A stretch of 64,000 bases of DNA from Octopus sinensis (GCF_006345805.1 NC_043000.1:93372001-93436000), one strand, 5' to 3'; numbered from the stretch's first letter, positions 12,769-26,260 are shown. Numbers and translations are program-made. Notes: generated by a model not told the origin, from the sequence alone.

Positions 12769-14740
12769 CATAAATACATACATACATAAATACATACATA
12801 CATACATACATACATACATACATACATACATACATACACACACACATGACTGAGTAGACAAACGAAGGGAATTAGCTGTCAATATATTTTCTAGGGGTTA
12901 CATATATTTTCTTTCCATAACAGTTTGACTCAACTCATGTGACTCAAACTTTCTTCAGTGCGTAGGACGCGTCCATCTCATCACAAACTGTACGCACACA
13001 CACGCACATGTATGTATGTGTATAAATATCAATCTATATATTAGTATATGTGTGTGTGTATGTGTGTGTGTGTGTGTGGTACGTATGTTCCTTATGGATT
13101 AAAAAACTGACATGCGGATTTTGACATATGAGGTATCAAAAGATTCAGTAATCTTTAGGCTACCAAATGAAATATGTTTTTTGCACAACAGTTCATTTTT
13201 ACTACAAAAATAACCTCAGAAACGATGTCGGGTCGAACAATTTTGAGGTCATTTTCGGGCAATATTTAGACTTGCTTCTAATCTACATTGCCAATTTTAA
13301 TGTTTTTGGTGCCAACAAATGTAGCAATGTACAAGGAGCGTTATGAGTGCATTTGAGATGCACAAAATCCTGATTGTCAACAGAGGATAACCAAAAAACA
13401 TGCCTATAGGGAACAATTATTGGCACATTTTCCATCAATAATGGCCTTTGTTCCACAACTAAACTGCCAACGTGAACGTCTTCAGCATTCCATGATTAAA
13501 CAATATCATTGAAGTATTGTGATACCATTTTTTCCACAAAGCCCTATTTTTCAACAGAAAATTGACTAATGGACCGTGTTCTGGCATAACTGCGATCGTT
13601 TCTAGCATTAAATTTTGTTGGTAGCAAACGATTCAGAAATGTCAAAGGAGCTATCTAGGGTTTAAATTCAATAAAATTTCCCCAAGGATTAAGCATAGTA
13701 AGAACGTATATTCGTTCAAGTGTGGTAAAGACGTGAAGCAATGACTAAAACTTTTCAAGCTTTTTTGCCTTTAACATATTTCTCTTTATTCAGCCAAAAT
13801 TATGCAAAGCTGCTTATCGTTATTTGCATATATTCATGCCTATTACTCATTCTATAAGCCGTAAAGTTCGTAAGGGTTTTGCTACAATTTCCCTATTTTT
13901 CACAGTGGCTGAGCGTGTACTACAACCCGGGTGGTGTGATGGAAAGCCAGTGTCTGACCTGATAACCTCAGCGAGGATGACAACAACACCGCGCATCTAT
14001 GCGAGAGCAAATTAAGGTCACATACACACGAGTCCCCCCACAGTGCGTGTCCCTTCACGGATGCACACCGTATTCACTGACTGGTACAATTTCAAATCAA
14101 TTTTTCCTCATCGGAGACATGTACTGCAATACCAGTTGGTCGTGGTGTGATTGTTATCACCGATCCGGGTTATGTATGTATCTATGCACGTATGTGGATA
14201 TGTATATATTTATGTGTGTGTGGTCCTTCTATCTACTTAGATATCTTGACCATTTCATTGCTTTGCCTTGCAAAATTCTACGGCAAAAAAAAAAGGTTTG
14301 AAATACTGTTATCCACATTGTCATTTGCAGGAGATAGTGAAAAAAATTTCATCATAGTTGTTCGTGCATTTGTTTCCGTTTTCTCTTGTATTAACTTCTT
14401 GGTACATTGATTTACGTGTTGAGGAAACCATCTTAATCAAGAAAATAGGGAAAGCTCAATGAGGTAAAGCTAGTCAGTAACACAATGTTTATCATGTGCT
14501 GAGAAGAATTCTTTGGTCGGGTGAAGCGGACCGCGGGTGCACACCAGTTCGACCTAAATAAAATTCTAACTGGGCCTCATCTGCGATGTCATGCGCTGTC
14601 GCTCACATATGGTTGTGGTGCATGTGCTTAGTGTACCCTTATCAGACGGGTCGTCATGATGGGTATAGTGTGCTTCGTATATTTGTACACCAGTGTCACT
14701 TTGATGGCGTGCCCTGCTCTCTCACTCAATAATAATAATA

Positions 14741-14787
<47 letters not shown>

Positions 14788-15300
14788 GTAATAATAATAA
14801 TAATAATGATAGTAATAATAATAATAATAATCATAATAATAATAATAATAATAATAATTATAGGTACTTGGGTCGATTCTTCAACTAGAATTCCTCCAGG
14901 GGGCGCCTTAGCATGGCCGTAGTAAATGGCTGAAACAAGTAAGAGATAAAAAAAATATGCTTCTCAACATCAGCTTAGATCAGTGAGAACAGGCTCTCCG
15001 CGTGAAGGGTTTAGCTGGAACGGTCTTGCTACTAAACCAAAGGTTCAGATCTTCCTCTGGACACGATTGTTCGCCTAGGAATGTGTGGACAAGTGCCTGA
15101 AGAGCGTGGGCTATGTGCGTCGCTCAGTGGCAGGTATCTATAACCTCTATACAAACTTTGCGTCTGTGACTATGTATGCATGCTCAATAAAGCAATATCC
15201 TACCCTATATTGTATGAATTTTCTGCGCATGTGTGTATTCGTATACTTTATACATACATGCATAGATATATTTATAAATACCTTCCCCCATATATATGTC

Positions 15301-15983
<683 letters not shown>

Positions 15984-16162
15984 ATATATATATATTATAT
16001 ATATATATATATATATAATTTATATTATATATATTTATGATGATCCGGTTCTTGACTGAAGATTAGAGGCTTCGAAAGACCCGTCCGTTTTTTGTGTCGT
16101 CTATTTGAGTGTTTTGCGTTCTTGTCCCATTTTGTATTTTTATATATATTTTTTATACATAC

Positions 16163-16259
<97 letters not shown>

Positions 16260-16764
16260 TTAGATATATATGTTAATGTTTGAATGTTGTAGTTACCAGT
16301 TTATGTATATGTTGTGTGTGTATGAATATATGCTTTTATAAATATACATATATCCTTCTACATGTATATATATTTAGATATATTTATGATATAGATGCAT
16401 GTGCATTTATGTATACATATAGAAATGCATGTGCATCTATGTTTGTGCGCTCGCGCGCGTGTTTGTGTGCAATTATATATATATATATATATATAATATA
16501 TATATATATATATTATATATTGATATGTGTGAGCGGTTGCTGGAAAGTCCCAGGCTTTGGGTAAAAGAAAATACAGGAGGATCAGTTAATTAGGATTTTA
16601 TTCAACGTATTCCCCGCTCAGATTTACATACTTATTTTCTGTAAAAGAACTCGGAAGGTCGGACCTCCAGCTAGGAGGCCTTTCTAGAAAACCTTAAAGC
16701 CAGGATCCTTTCAGCATCTCTTTGTACAAATATACGTATGAATGTTTGCATCTATGTATACATA

Positions 16765-17092
16765 TAAAGGACTGACCACTAAAAGTGGACGGTCAACATG
16801 CTAGATATAGACGTCAAATCGCTATTTTCCACAAATATTTCGTATATTTTCATTTGTCTTGCTTATTTTTAATGCTTTGGTTCGTGCTGGATTTTTATTT
16901 GAGAACATATTCTTTGTGGAAAATAGCGATTTGACGTCTATATCTAGCATGTTGACCGTCCACTTTTAGTGGTCAGTCCTTTAAATTTTGTATGTAAAAA
17001 TATTTTAATCTTCGGATTTTTTAATATGCTAAACCTCTGGTTTTAATTGATTAATATCAATTTCTACCCTTATTAAATTTTATGTATACATA
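16765..17092. mobile_element. Repeat family D with perfect 71-bp inverted arms
   Basis: Arms at 16765-16835 and 16913-16983. A diverged relative lies at 50525-50757. Confidence 0.7.
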
Positions 17093-17108
17093 TATGTAAG
17101 AATATTTA

Positions 17109-17165
<57 letters not shown>

Positions 17166-17639
17166 GTGTGCGTATAAATAAAAAACATATATTCTAAGCT
17201 ATAATAATCACAATAATTACTATTTTTATTTAAAATTGTTGTTGTTATTACTGTTACCTACCTCCAGCCCAATCCTGGTCAACTTGAAGCAAGTACCATC
17301 TCCGCATTAAATTAATAATCATAATGAAAAAGGAAACAAAAAAGAAAAACAAAAAACAAAAAAACTCGATGATAAAATGATTTGAACGAGATTTGGCTGC
17401 TATTTCTAGCACTTCCATCGGACGCGCATTCGGAAACACCTTCGTTAGCTCGATAGCTGTTTGTTGTTTGAAGTTAGCTTAATATGATTTCGTGTGACTG
17501 TGTGTTTGATCCAGGGAGCGGAAAGACTCGCACATGCGACAGACATATAGTGTCTGTTTCTGCATGAAATGAAGTGTAAAATATAACACACACACACACA
17601 CACACACACACTGGCATCGCACTGCTGTGTTGGAGAATT

Positions 17640-18210
17640 GACAGAAGCGTTAGTGCGTCGACGGGGTTTTGAGTTCAAATCCTGCCTACGTTAACTTTGT
17701 CTTTTATCCGTCTGGGGTCAATAAAATAAAAATTAACAGTGTAGGGCAGTGAAGTGACACAGTCGTTAGTGCTTCGGACAGGATACCCGTAGTATGTATA
17801 CCAATGTTTTACGTTCCGAGTTCAAATCTTGCAGAGGTCAACTTTACATTTTACCGTTCGAGGTTCGATAAAATAAAAATTAACAGTGTAAGGTAGTGGA
17901 TTAGTGGAATCGTTAGAGCTACGGACCGGATACCTAATAGTGTTTATTCCATCGTTTTACGTTCTGAGTTCAAATCTCGACGAGGTTAGCTTAAATTTCC
18001 ATCCATCCGGGTTCTGTAAAATAGAGAATCGTGGGAAGTAAGTATTCTGGCAGAATCGTCAGAGCGTCAGACAGGATACCTTGAGCTGTTTGTTTCAGAA
18101 CAATTCCGTTCTGGGTTCTACTTCCACGGGGCTCAGCATTCTTCTAGGATGTCCTGAGGTGTTTGTTCGAACTGTTTGCATTTTGCGTTCAAATCCCTGC
18201 GTGGTCCACT
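17640..18210 (+). repeat. Tandem array of 4-5 diverged S2-like tRNA-head units
   Basis: Repeated CGTTAG...GAGTTCAAATC...AAAATAAAAATTAACAGTGTA modules. Confidence 0.65.
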
Positions 18211-18274
18211 TGTGTGGTAGACTTAATTCATAGACTAGTTTAGTACCATTCTAGTTCTTAATAAGTCCCTTCAC

Positions 18275-18432
18275 CACTAGCGTAGCTAGAGTATGTGCCG
18301 CCCGGGGCAGCCCTTCCGTTTGCCACCCCTGGACTCAACAAAAAAACCACATATTACCTACAACAGACCCAAAAATACCGCCCCTTTAAAAGTGCCGCCC
18401 GGGGCGGACTGTCCTACCTACCTGCGCTAGTG
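18275..18432. mobile_element. hAT-like MITE
   Basis: TIRs CACTAGCGTAG and CTGCGCTAGTG, with subterminal GTGCCGCCCGGGGC twice. Confidence 0.65.
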
Positions 18433-19082
18433 CTTTTTACCGAAATTCACTTTACTGTGAGAATTCTGGTCAGTATCTTAGTATGAAGGCACCTTCCACA
18501 ATTACTTCTACCGTCTCAGAGGTGATGGGCACTGCCCTTCCTTCTGACTAAAGAGTAAAAAGAAGTCAATTTGAAAGAAAACAAATGCAATACAATTACA
18601 AAAACACTCAAGAAAGCATCCATATCAGGCATCGGGTATCTTTTTCGAGGGGTGGGCCGCATGAGAAATGACCCATCCTCAGGCGGGCCACACCATTAAA
18701 AACATTCAAGGTCAATTTGCGTTAGGCGTGCCATTCAACAAGTCTTGTGGAACGCAGTTCTGCATCATCGGTCGAACTGCTAGAAATAGCAACCAAATAT
18801 TACTCATATCAAAGACGTCATCTGATAAGAGATATGAGAGATATTGGTGTCAAGAAGACCCACAGATGCCAGGTAATGCTGAGTAAGTGCTATGGAAAGA
18901 CAATAGCCAAGCTCCAGGTTCCATAATGATACGAATGAGGAGTCCAACGCAGGTCGTGTATTAGTATATAATAATTTAACAGAATGAGATAAAAAAAATC
19001 CAAGGCTGTGAATAGTTTTCAGAATGTTCTAGAAATTATTCACAGCCTTAGATTCTTTTTCTCATTTTGTTAATATATATAT

Positions 19083-19481
19083 ACTAGCAGTATCGCCCGG
19101 CGTTGCTCGGGTTTGTAATGGAAATAACTATATAAGCATTTTTAGAGATGTAAAGTATAATAGCCATCTCAATATGGCTAACAACAAAGGGTGGGGTGTT
19201 ACTCTAGCTTTTTATGTTCTGAGATTTAATAATAAATTTTTAGAGAGTTACTTCCCTTATATATGCCAAAAATGCATTAAAAATGGGAAAAATTGATGGT
19301 AAATTTTTTTCTAAATCGTAGACTCATCGTAGACGCGCGCTAATATCCAGAAGGGCTCGATATGAATCACGACTATAAGATACCCGGTTTTGGTTAAACT
19401 GCACCGCAAAATGTGGGAGTAGTTAGGAATCTAAATCGTAGGAGACAGACAGTACACAACCTCACTTTTATATATAAAGAT
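19083..19481 (+). mobile_element. Helitron/Helentron-like non-autonomous element
   Basis: 5' end ACTAGCAGTATCGCCCGGCGTTGCTCGGGTTTGT and 3' end CTTTTATATATAAAGAT. The termini are shared with 22973-23369. Confidence 0.6.
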
Positions 19482-19482
19482 A

Positions 19483-19745
19483 TACTCTCTTTTTACCCTC
19501 TTTTACTTGTTTCAGTCATTTGACTGCGGCCATGCTGGAGTACCGCCTTTTAGTCGAGCAAATCAACCCCAGGTCTTATTCTTTGTAAGCCTAGTACTTA
19601 TTCTATCGGTCTCTTTTGCCGAACCGCTAAGTAACGGGGACCTAAACATACCAGCATCGGTTGTCAAGCGATGTTGGGGGGTCTAACACAGACACACAAA
19701 CACACATATATATACACACACAACACCCACACACACACACACACA

Positions 19746-19790
<45 letters not shown>

Positions 19791-20960
19791 CGACAGGCTT
19801 CTTTCAGTTTCTGTCTACCAAATCCACTCACAAGGCTTTGGTCGGCCCGTGGCTATAGTAGAAGGCACTTTCCCAAGGTACCACGCAGTGGGACTGAACC
19901 CGGAACAGTGTGGTTGGTAAGCAGGCTACTTACCACACAGCCACTCCTGCGCTTATATATATACTCTTTTACTTGTTTCAGTCATTTGACTGCGGCCATG
20001 CTGGAGCACCACCTTTAGTCGAGCAAATCGACCCCGGGACTTATTCTTTGTAAGCCCAGTACTTATTCTATCGGTCACTTTTGCCGAACCGCTAAGTGAC
20101 AGGGACGTAAACACACCAGCATCGGTTGTCAAGCGATGTTGGGGGAGGGAACAAACATAGACACACAAACATATACGCACACATACATGTATATATATAT
20201 ACATATATACGACGGGCTTCTTTCAGTTTCCGTCTACCAAATCCACTCACAAGGCTTTGGTCGGCCCGGGGCTATAGCAGAAGACACTTGCCCAAGATGC
20301 CACGCAGTGGGACTGAACCCGGAACCATGTGGTTGGTTAGCAAGCTACTTTACCACACAGCCATTCCTGCGCATGCTGGAGCACCGCCTTTAGTCGAGCA
20401 AATCGACCCCGGGACTTATTCTTTGTAAGCCCAGTACTTATTCTATCGGTCTCTTTTGCCGAACCGCTAAGTGACGGGGACGTAAACACACAGCATCGGT
20501 TGTCAAGCAATGCTAGGGGGACAAACACAGACACACAAACACATACACAACATACCACACACACACACACCATATAATATATATATATAGATTATTATAT
20601 TATATATATATTATATATATATATACGACAGGCTTCTTTCAGTTTCTGTCTACCAATCCACTCACAAGGCATTGGTCGGCCCGGGGTTATAGCAGAAGAC
20701 ACTTGCCCAAGGTGCCACGCAGTGGGACTGAACCCGGAACCATGTGGTTGGTTAGCAAGCTACTTACCACACAGCCATTCCTGCGCATGCATATATACGA
20801 CGGGCTTCTTTCAGTTTCCGTCTACCAAATCCACTCACAAGGCTTTGGCCGGCCCGAGGCTATAGTAGAAGACACTTGCCCAAGGTACCATGCAGTGGGA
20901 CTGAACCCAGAACCATGTGGTTGGTAAGCAAGCTACTTACCACACAGCCATGCCTACGAC
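19483..20960 (-). mobile_element. Tandem array of four S1 SINE copies/partials
   Basis: Heads end at about 19950, 20372, 20790 and 20958. Confidence 0.9.
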
Positions 20961-21042
20961 TGCATAGGGACGTAAAACAAATAGCGAGAACTTTAAGGCG
21001 CGTGCTACAAAACCGTTCTCATTGTGTATGTGTGTGTATATA

Positions 21043-21776
21043 TTGAATCATCCCATAAATAATGCGTTTTTTTATACATCTTTTACTTTTCAAAATTAAG
21101 ATAATCAAAGTTCTTTTTTAATCTAAAATATACTCTCCTTCATTTTTTACAATGCTCTTCCATCTGTCTGGTAGACTTGCAAGGCCCCTCTTCCAAAATT
21201 GACTTGTCCGTGACGAAAAATACTCCTCTAGTACTGTTCTGACCTCGTGTACAAAATTCATATTTTTTCCGTCCAAATGATTTTGAAGACTGCGGAGTAA
21301 ATGATAATGAGATGGGACAATGTCCACCGATTATTGTGGGTGGGGCATCGTTTCCCATACAAACTGCTCCAGCCTTTGGAATGTCATCTACGCTGTACGT
21401 GGCCGAGCATTATGCTGATGGAAGAACACTTTTCGTCTTGACACCTAAGATGGTCGCTTTCCGATGGTACGCAGGTGCCGATGAATGTTTAAATAACCAA
21501 ATCCAAGCTTCTTTGCTAGTTCCTCAACACTTACAATATGGTTTGCAAGACGTCCACGTCGAGCTCTAGATATCTTCCAGGAGGCTCGTCTTCTAGGCTG
21601 TAGTTTCTGGCTCGGAATTTCTGGAACCACCGTTGACACTGGGTCGCGCTTATTTTCCAATCCCCGTATACTGCATTAATATTCATCGCACTTTGTGTTG
21701 TGCTGTTGCCTTTATTGAGCTCATAAAGCAAAATATACCGAACATGCTCTTTTGTCACTTCCATTATAGCTTTCAA
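21043..21776 (-). pseudogene. Mariner transposase relic
   Basis: MEVTKEHVRYILLYELNKG...CQRWFQKFR (HTH) and PSHYHLLRSLQNHL...LPDRWKSIVKNEGEYI (C-terminus), with multiple frameshifts. Confidence 0.85.
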
Positions 21777-21777
21777 A

Positions 21778-22180
21778 TAAGCGGCGAGCAGGCAGAAACG
21801 TTAGCACGCCGGGCGAAATGCGTAGCCGTACTTCATCTGACGTTACGTTCTGAGTTCAAATTCCGCCGAGGTCGACTTTGCCTTTCATCCTTTCGGAGTC
21901 GATAAAATAAGTACCAGTTACGCACTGTGATCGATATATTCGACTTAATCCGTTTGTCTGTCTTTGTTTGTCCTCTCTGTGTTTAGCTCCTTGTGGGTAG
22001 TAAAGAAATAAGTATTTCGTCTGACTTTACGTTCTGAGTTAAAATTACGCCGAGGTCGACTTTGCCTTTCATCCTTTCGGGGTGGATAAATTAAGTACCA
22101 GTTGCGTACTGGGGGCGATCTAATTGACTGCACCCACCTCCCTCAAAATTTCGGACCATGTGCCTAGAGTAGAAAAGAGC
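21778..22180 (+). mobile_element. Composite S2 SINE inserted into the mariner 5' region, 12-bp TSD
   Basis: ATAGCTTTCAAA at 21766-21777 and 22181-22192. Confidence 0.85.
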
Positions 22181-22313
22181 ATAGCTTTCAAAAAATAACT
22201 GTTAAAATCGAACTGCACTTTTCAGAACTTGCACTAAGAATAATTACAAGGTAAAATTAATTCCTGCGTTTATAGCAGGCTGATGCAGATAGCTTATCCC
22301 GTACTCTAATATA

Positions 22314-22330
<17 letters not shown>

Positions 22331-22349
<19 letters not shown>

Positions 22350-22552
22350 CAGCGTGTGTATCGTTTGGCGATTTCTTCTCTCCGTCTTCCCTTTCTTGAC
22401 CTTTCCTTTTTATATGTTTCTGACGAAGAGTCCGCTCGAAACGTTAAATCCTCCTTCTTTCTTTCCTTTCCTGAGTGTCCAATAAACTATACTTGCTCCA
22501 CGTTCTCGCGTTGTTGTTGTTGTGTTTTCTCTTTGTTCATGTTGGATTAACT
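22331..22552 (+). mobile_element. HHR-bearing repeat family A (copy 2)
   Basis: Homology to the other A copies. Flanked by (TA)n on both sides. Confidence 0.75.
22416..22449 (+). ncRNA. Minimal type I hammerhead motif
   Basis: GUUU-CUGACGA-A-GAG(UCCG)CUC-GAA-AC-GUU/AAAU. Confidence 0.7.
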
Positions 22553-22972
22553 ATATATATATATATATATGTATTAATATATAATATATATAGACATACA
22601 TACATACATACATACATAATTACATACATACTACATGTATAGGCATGTGTGTGTGTACGCAAATGTTTGTGTTTGAGTCTGTAAACGTAGATGAAACTAT
22701 ATAAGGACACACATGAAAACATTTTAGAGATTGACGAACCCGTACACAGATGTCATGCCTTAAGTATGTCGTATTTTACAGAGGAGGAAATAAACATATA
22801 AAGATTCAAAAATTAACAAAAAACAATACAAAAGCAAATTGAGAGAGAAATCTCTATTTAATGTAGCATACATTTTATATCACTCTTAACAACAATCCAT
22901 CAATGCTTGAAGTGTATCTAGTCTGTCGTATGTATTGTTTACAAATTACGAGTGGCTTGGATTGTTACATAC

Positions 22973-23369
22973 ACTAGCAGTATCGCCCGGCGTTGCTCGG
23001 GTTTGTTTCGACCCTTTAGATTTGGAATTTTTGAAAAATTATAAATTTTGCGTTATGTAGCTTGTTATTCTCTTTAAGTGAACATTTTTCTGGTTGAAAT
23101 ACACCGAAAAATGGCGACACAGCAGTCAAAAAATCGTAAAAAAAATAGGGATTTTCATAGAAAAAAAGCACCTTTTTGATGTAAATAATTTTTGGTGTTA
23201 ACATGGTCCGATTTGAATTTTATCTTCTACGGAATGAAGAGCAAGCCTTCTTCTATCATACTCTCAATTTTGGTCAACTTGCGCCGGTGGGCCTCGGAGG
23301 AAATAATGTTAGTTGAAAGCTACCAAACCTGCCATACACAGACAACTTCAGCTTTATATATAGAGAGAT
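22973..23369 (+). mobile_element. Helitron/Helentron-like non-autonomous element
   Basis: Same 34-nt 5' end as 19083. 3' end CTTTATATATAGAGAGAT. Confidence 0.6.
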
Positions 23370-23372
23370 ATA

Positions 23373-23625
23373 CAAAGTTGGCTAAAAGTCACCCGACAGT
23401 AAATCGAAATCCCATAAATACTTAATATCAAATTTTATTTATTCATTCCAATTATGACTGTTTAATAATTGAATGCTGTGAGTTAAAATCACCATTTTTA
23501 AAAGAATTCCTCCTGCATTTGTCTATTTATCAGCGAAGTCTCATATAAAATAATTCTTTTTGTTTTAATCTTGCAATCATATGGGGTTTTTTTATTTACT
23601 GTCAGGTGACTTTTGGCCAACCCTG
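23373..23625. mobile_element. Tc1/mariner MITE
   Basis: TA-CAAAGTTGGCTAAAAGTCACCCGACAGT...ACTGTCAGGTGACTTTTGGCCAACCCTG-TA. Confidence 0.8.
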
Positions 23626-24167
23626 TATAGGAATTTATGGACATACGCATATGCGTATCTTTTATCTGATACTTATTTCAGTCATTAGGTTGCGGCCATG
23701 CTGGGGCACCGCCTTGACGAGTTTTTATTCGAACGAATCGAAGTCAGTACTTATTTATTTTTAAATCCTGGTACTTATTCTATCGTATCTCTTTTGCCAA
23801 ATTGCTAAGTTACGGGGACGTAAACAAACCAACACTCGTTGTCAAGCATAGTTGGGAGACATACATAATACTACACATACATACATACAGATGCGCATTA
23901 CCAAATCCACTCACAATACTTTGGTATAGTAGAAGACATTTGCTCAAGGTGCCACGCAGTGGGACTGACCCCGGAACCTTGTGGTTGGGAAGCAAACTTA
24001 TCATACAGCCACGTCTGCTTCAATACATACAGCTATTTACACACACATACACAAACACTCACAAACGCACGCACACAAGGTGCGATGGATAAATTGTCGC
24101 CGTTCTCTATCTTTAATTTCGCGATTGAGCGCATTGTTTGTTTTTGATTTTGTCTACTACAAAGTAA

Positions 24168-24514
24168 AGTACGGTCAGTAGGGCACCGTCTGTGAAAAAA
24201 ACAGTACTATTACGCATTTCATTCTGCCAGAAATTTGGAAATGATATGCTGTACTGCTTGGCAATTTCGCCGGAAGCTCCAATACAAATATTGCAGAGTG
24301 TTTGGGTGTCAATCTGACGACAGTGCAATCTGAAGACATACACCAAGATTGATAAAAATCAAACACCCAGTCAACATCATGGTGTTTGGAGTGATCACTA
24401 GTGATGGCGACGTTATGCCTCTATTCATCTTCCCACACGGCCTCACACTCATACGGAGGCCTACATTCAAGTACCTGAAGAGGTGGTAGTGTTTGCCCTG
24501 GTTGCTGGAAGACC
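24168..24514 (+). mobile_element. maT/DD37D-like Tc1-mariner fragment
   Basis: KIKHPVNIMVFGVITSDGDVMPLFIFPHG. Homologous to 57867-58552. Confidence 0.7.
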
Positions 24515-24614
24515 CTGAGGAGACCCTAATTAAAATTGTATACTCCGTTTTCTTGTTGAATATATATATATATAATATAATATATATATATATATATATA
24601 ATATATATATATAT

Positions 24615-24858
24615 AAATGCGCCCTTTTAAAGCCTAGCCAGGCTCACGGGCCCGGTTTCCCGGTTTCTATGGCGTATGTGTTCCCCAGCTGGACGGGACG
24701 CTAGTCCATCACAGCATTACTCATTTTTGCCAGCTGAGTGGATTGGAGCAACTGAAATGTAGTGTTTTGTTCAAGAACAACGCGCGCGCCCGGTCCAGGA
24801 ATCGAAACCACAATTACGATCATGGTGCTGACACCCTAACCACTATGTCACGTGCCTC
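24615..24858 (-). mobile_element. tRNA-derived SINE family S3 (other copies or partials at about 9515, 11195, 52522-52770, 52845-52975, 53755-54090, 61720-62025, 62505-62810)
   Basis: TAGTGGTTAGGGTG...GTTTCGATTCCTGGACC head, TGTGTTCTTGAGCAAAACACT body, CTGGCTAGGCTTTAAAAGGGCGC tail. Confidence 0.85.
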
Positions 24859-25951
24859 CATATATAATATATATATATATATTATATATATAGATTTTAT
24901 CAATGAAATAAAACATATGCTAATATAAACATATATGTACGTACCTACCTCTACATGTACATATACACGCATATATGAGTACGGAGTACCAAAGGGACGT
25001 CGAAACAAAGAGAAACGAAAACATAGACAAAAACCAAAGGAACTGGACATTTTTTTAAAAACAACCAAAAAAAAATAGAGTACAGGACAATTAACACGAA
25101 GAAAAAACCCCTTCTTCAGTCGCTATGGTTTCATCTACTCTACGTTTCGAAGGATAAAAGCGAGACGTATCTTCGACAAAGAAAACTTCCTTCTGCGAAA
25201 AGCAAATCAATTAAAATTCTGAGATCTTTTCGCAGAGGAGTAAAAAATGGTAATATATATATATATATTACTTATTATATATATATATAAATGTTACTTC
25301 GTTTTTATCCCTCGTTTGTCTACTTAATGGTTTCGTCTTGAATCACATTTATTCATGCATGTTCTTATGTCCACTTCTCTATGGCTTATTTATTCCATTT
25401 ACTATTTGTTCGTTCTCGTCCTGTTATATTTTTGGTCCCATTTCCCGGCAGCTTCTGGTGGTGCCGGCACCACCAGAAGGGAAGTAATATTATCGTTAAA
25501 GGTGCTAAACTGCGTTCGACGCTCTGACCGACAACTGATGAATGAGGAGTTGGTGACCGTCTATATCTGTGCATTTATTATGTTTATAAATTTATATATA
25601 TATTTATATAGACATTTAAAAAAATTAAAAAAAACACATGTGGAAATTCGTAGCTTATTCCTCGTCAGTCAACGTCCCAAAGATCTTTACAATTTCGTGC
25701 TTTTATCGTTAATATTCTTCACTTTTGGTGACGCCAGTGGTGAGAAGCTACAGGGAATAGCTAACGAATGCACAGGAGAATGACGAAAACAAACACGCCA
25801 AAATAAAACATTAATATACAACAAAAAAAGCCGTGCGGCCTCAAGACAGACTGATGTGAGGTAACGCAAAGGAAAATGAAAATGTCCTGTAGGACTGGAG
25901 ACAAGAGAAAGACAGATAGAAATTCAGAACGAAGGAGGAAGTTATGTATTA

Positions 25952-26012
<61 letters not shown>

Positions 26013-26101
26013 GAAGGCAGAAGAGAGGTAAAGAAAGAGAAAGTGCTATTGGTTTTGCAACTGCAAAGCGTTTAACAGAATAGGCGACTCGTCAGCCATT
26101 T

Positions 26102-26161
26102 GAGTCTGATGAGTTGCCTGTACTGCCAAGCGTTTTATTGGTGCGAAACCAATGGTCACAC
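26102..26161 (+). ncRNA. Type I hammerhead motif with canonical core (family L); degenerate inverted partner at 26043-26099
   Basis: GAGU-CUGAUGA-G...C-GAA-ACC(AAU)GGU-C/ACAC. Confidence 0.6.
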
Positions 26162-26260
26162 TATGACCGGGCATAACTTTTAGCTTCCTAAAAATTACAT
26201 TACTGTCCTAATGTTTTAGAGTGTGCTTCTTTTGCGGATATATGAACTACTGGCGATATA

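Noticed and set aside
15079-15135. Candidate micro-exon ECVDKCLKSVGYVRRSVA
   Set aside because: Splice signals are moderate, I recognise no homologue, and no partner exon was found.
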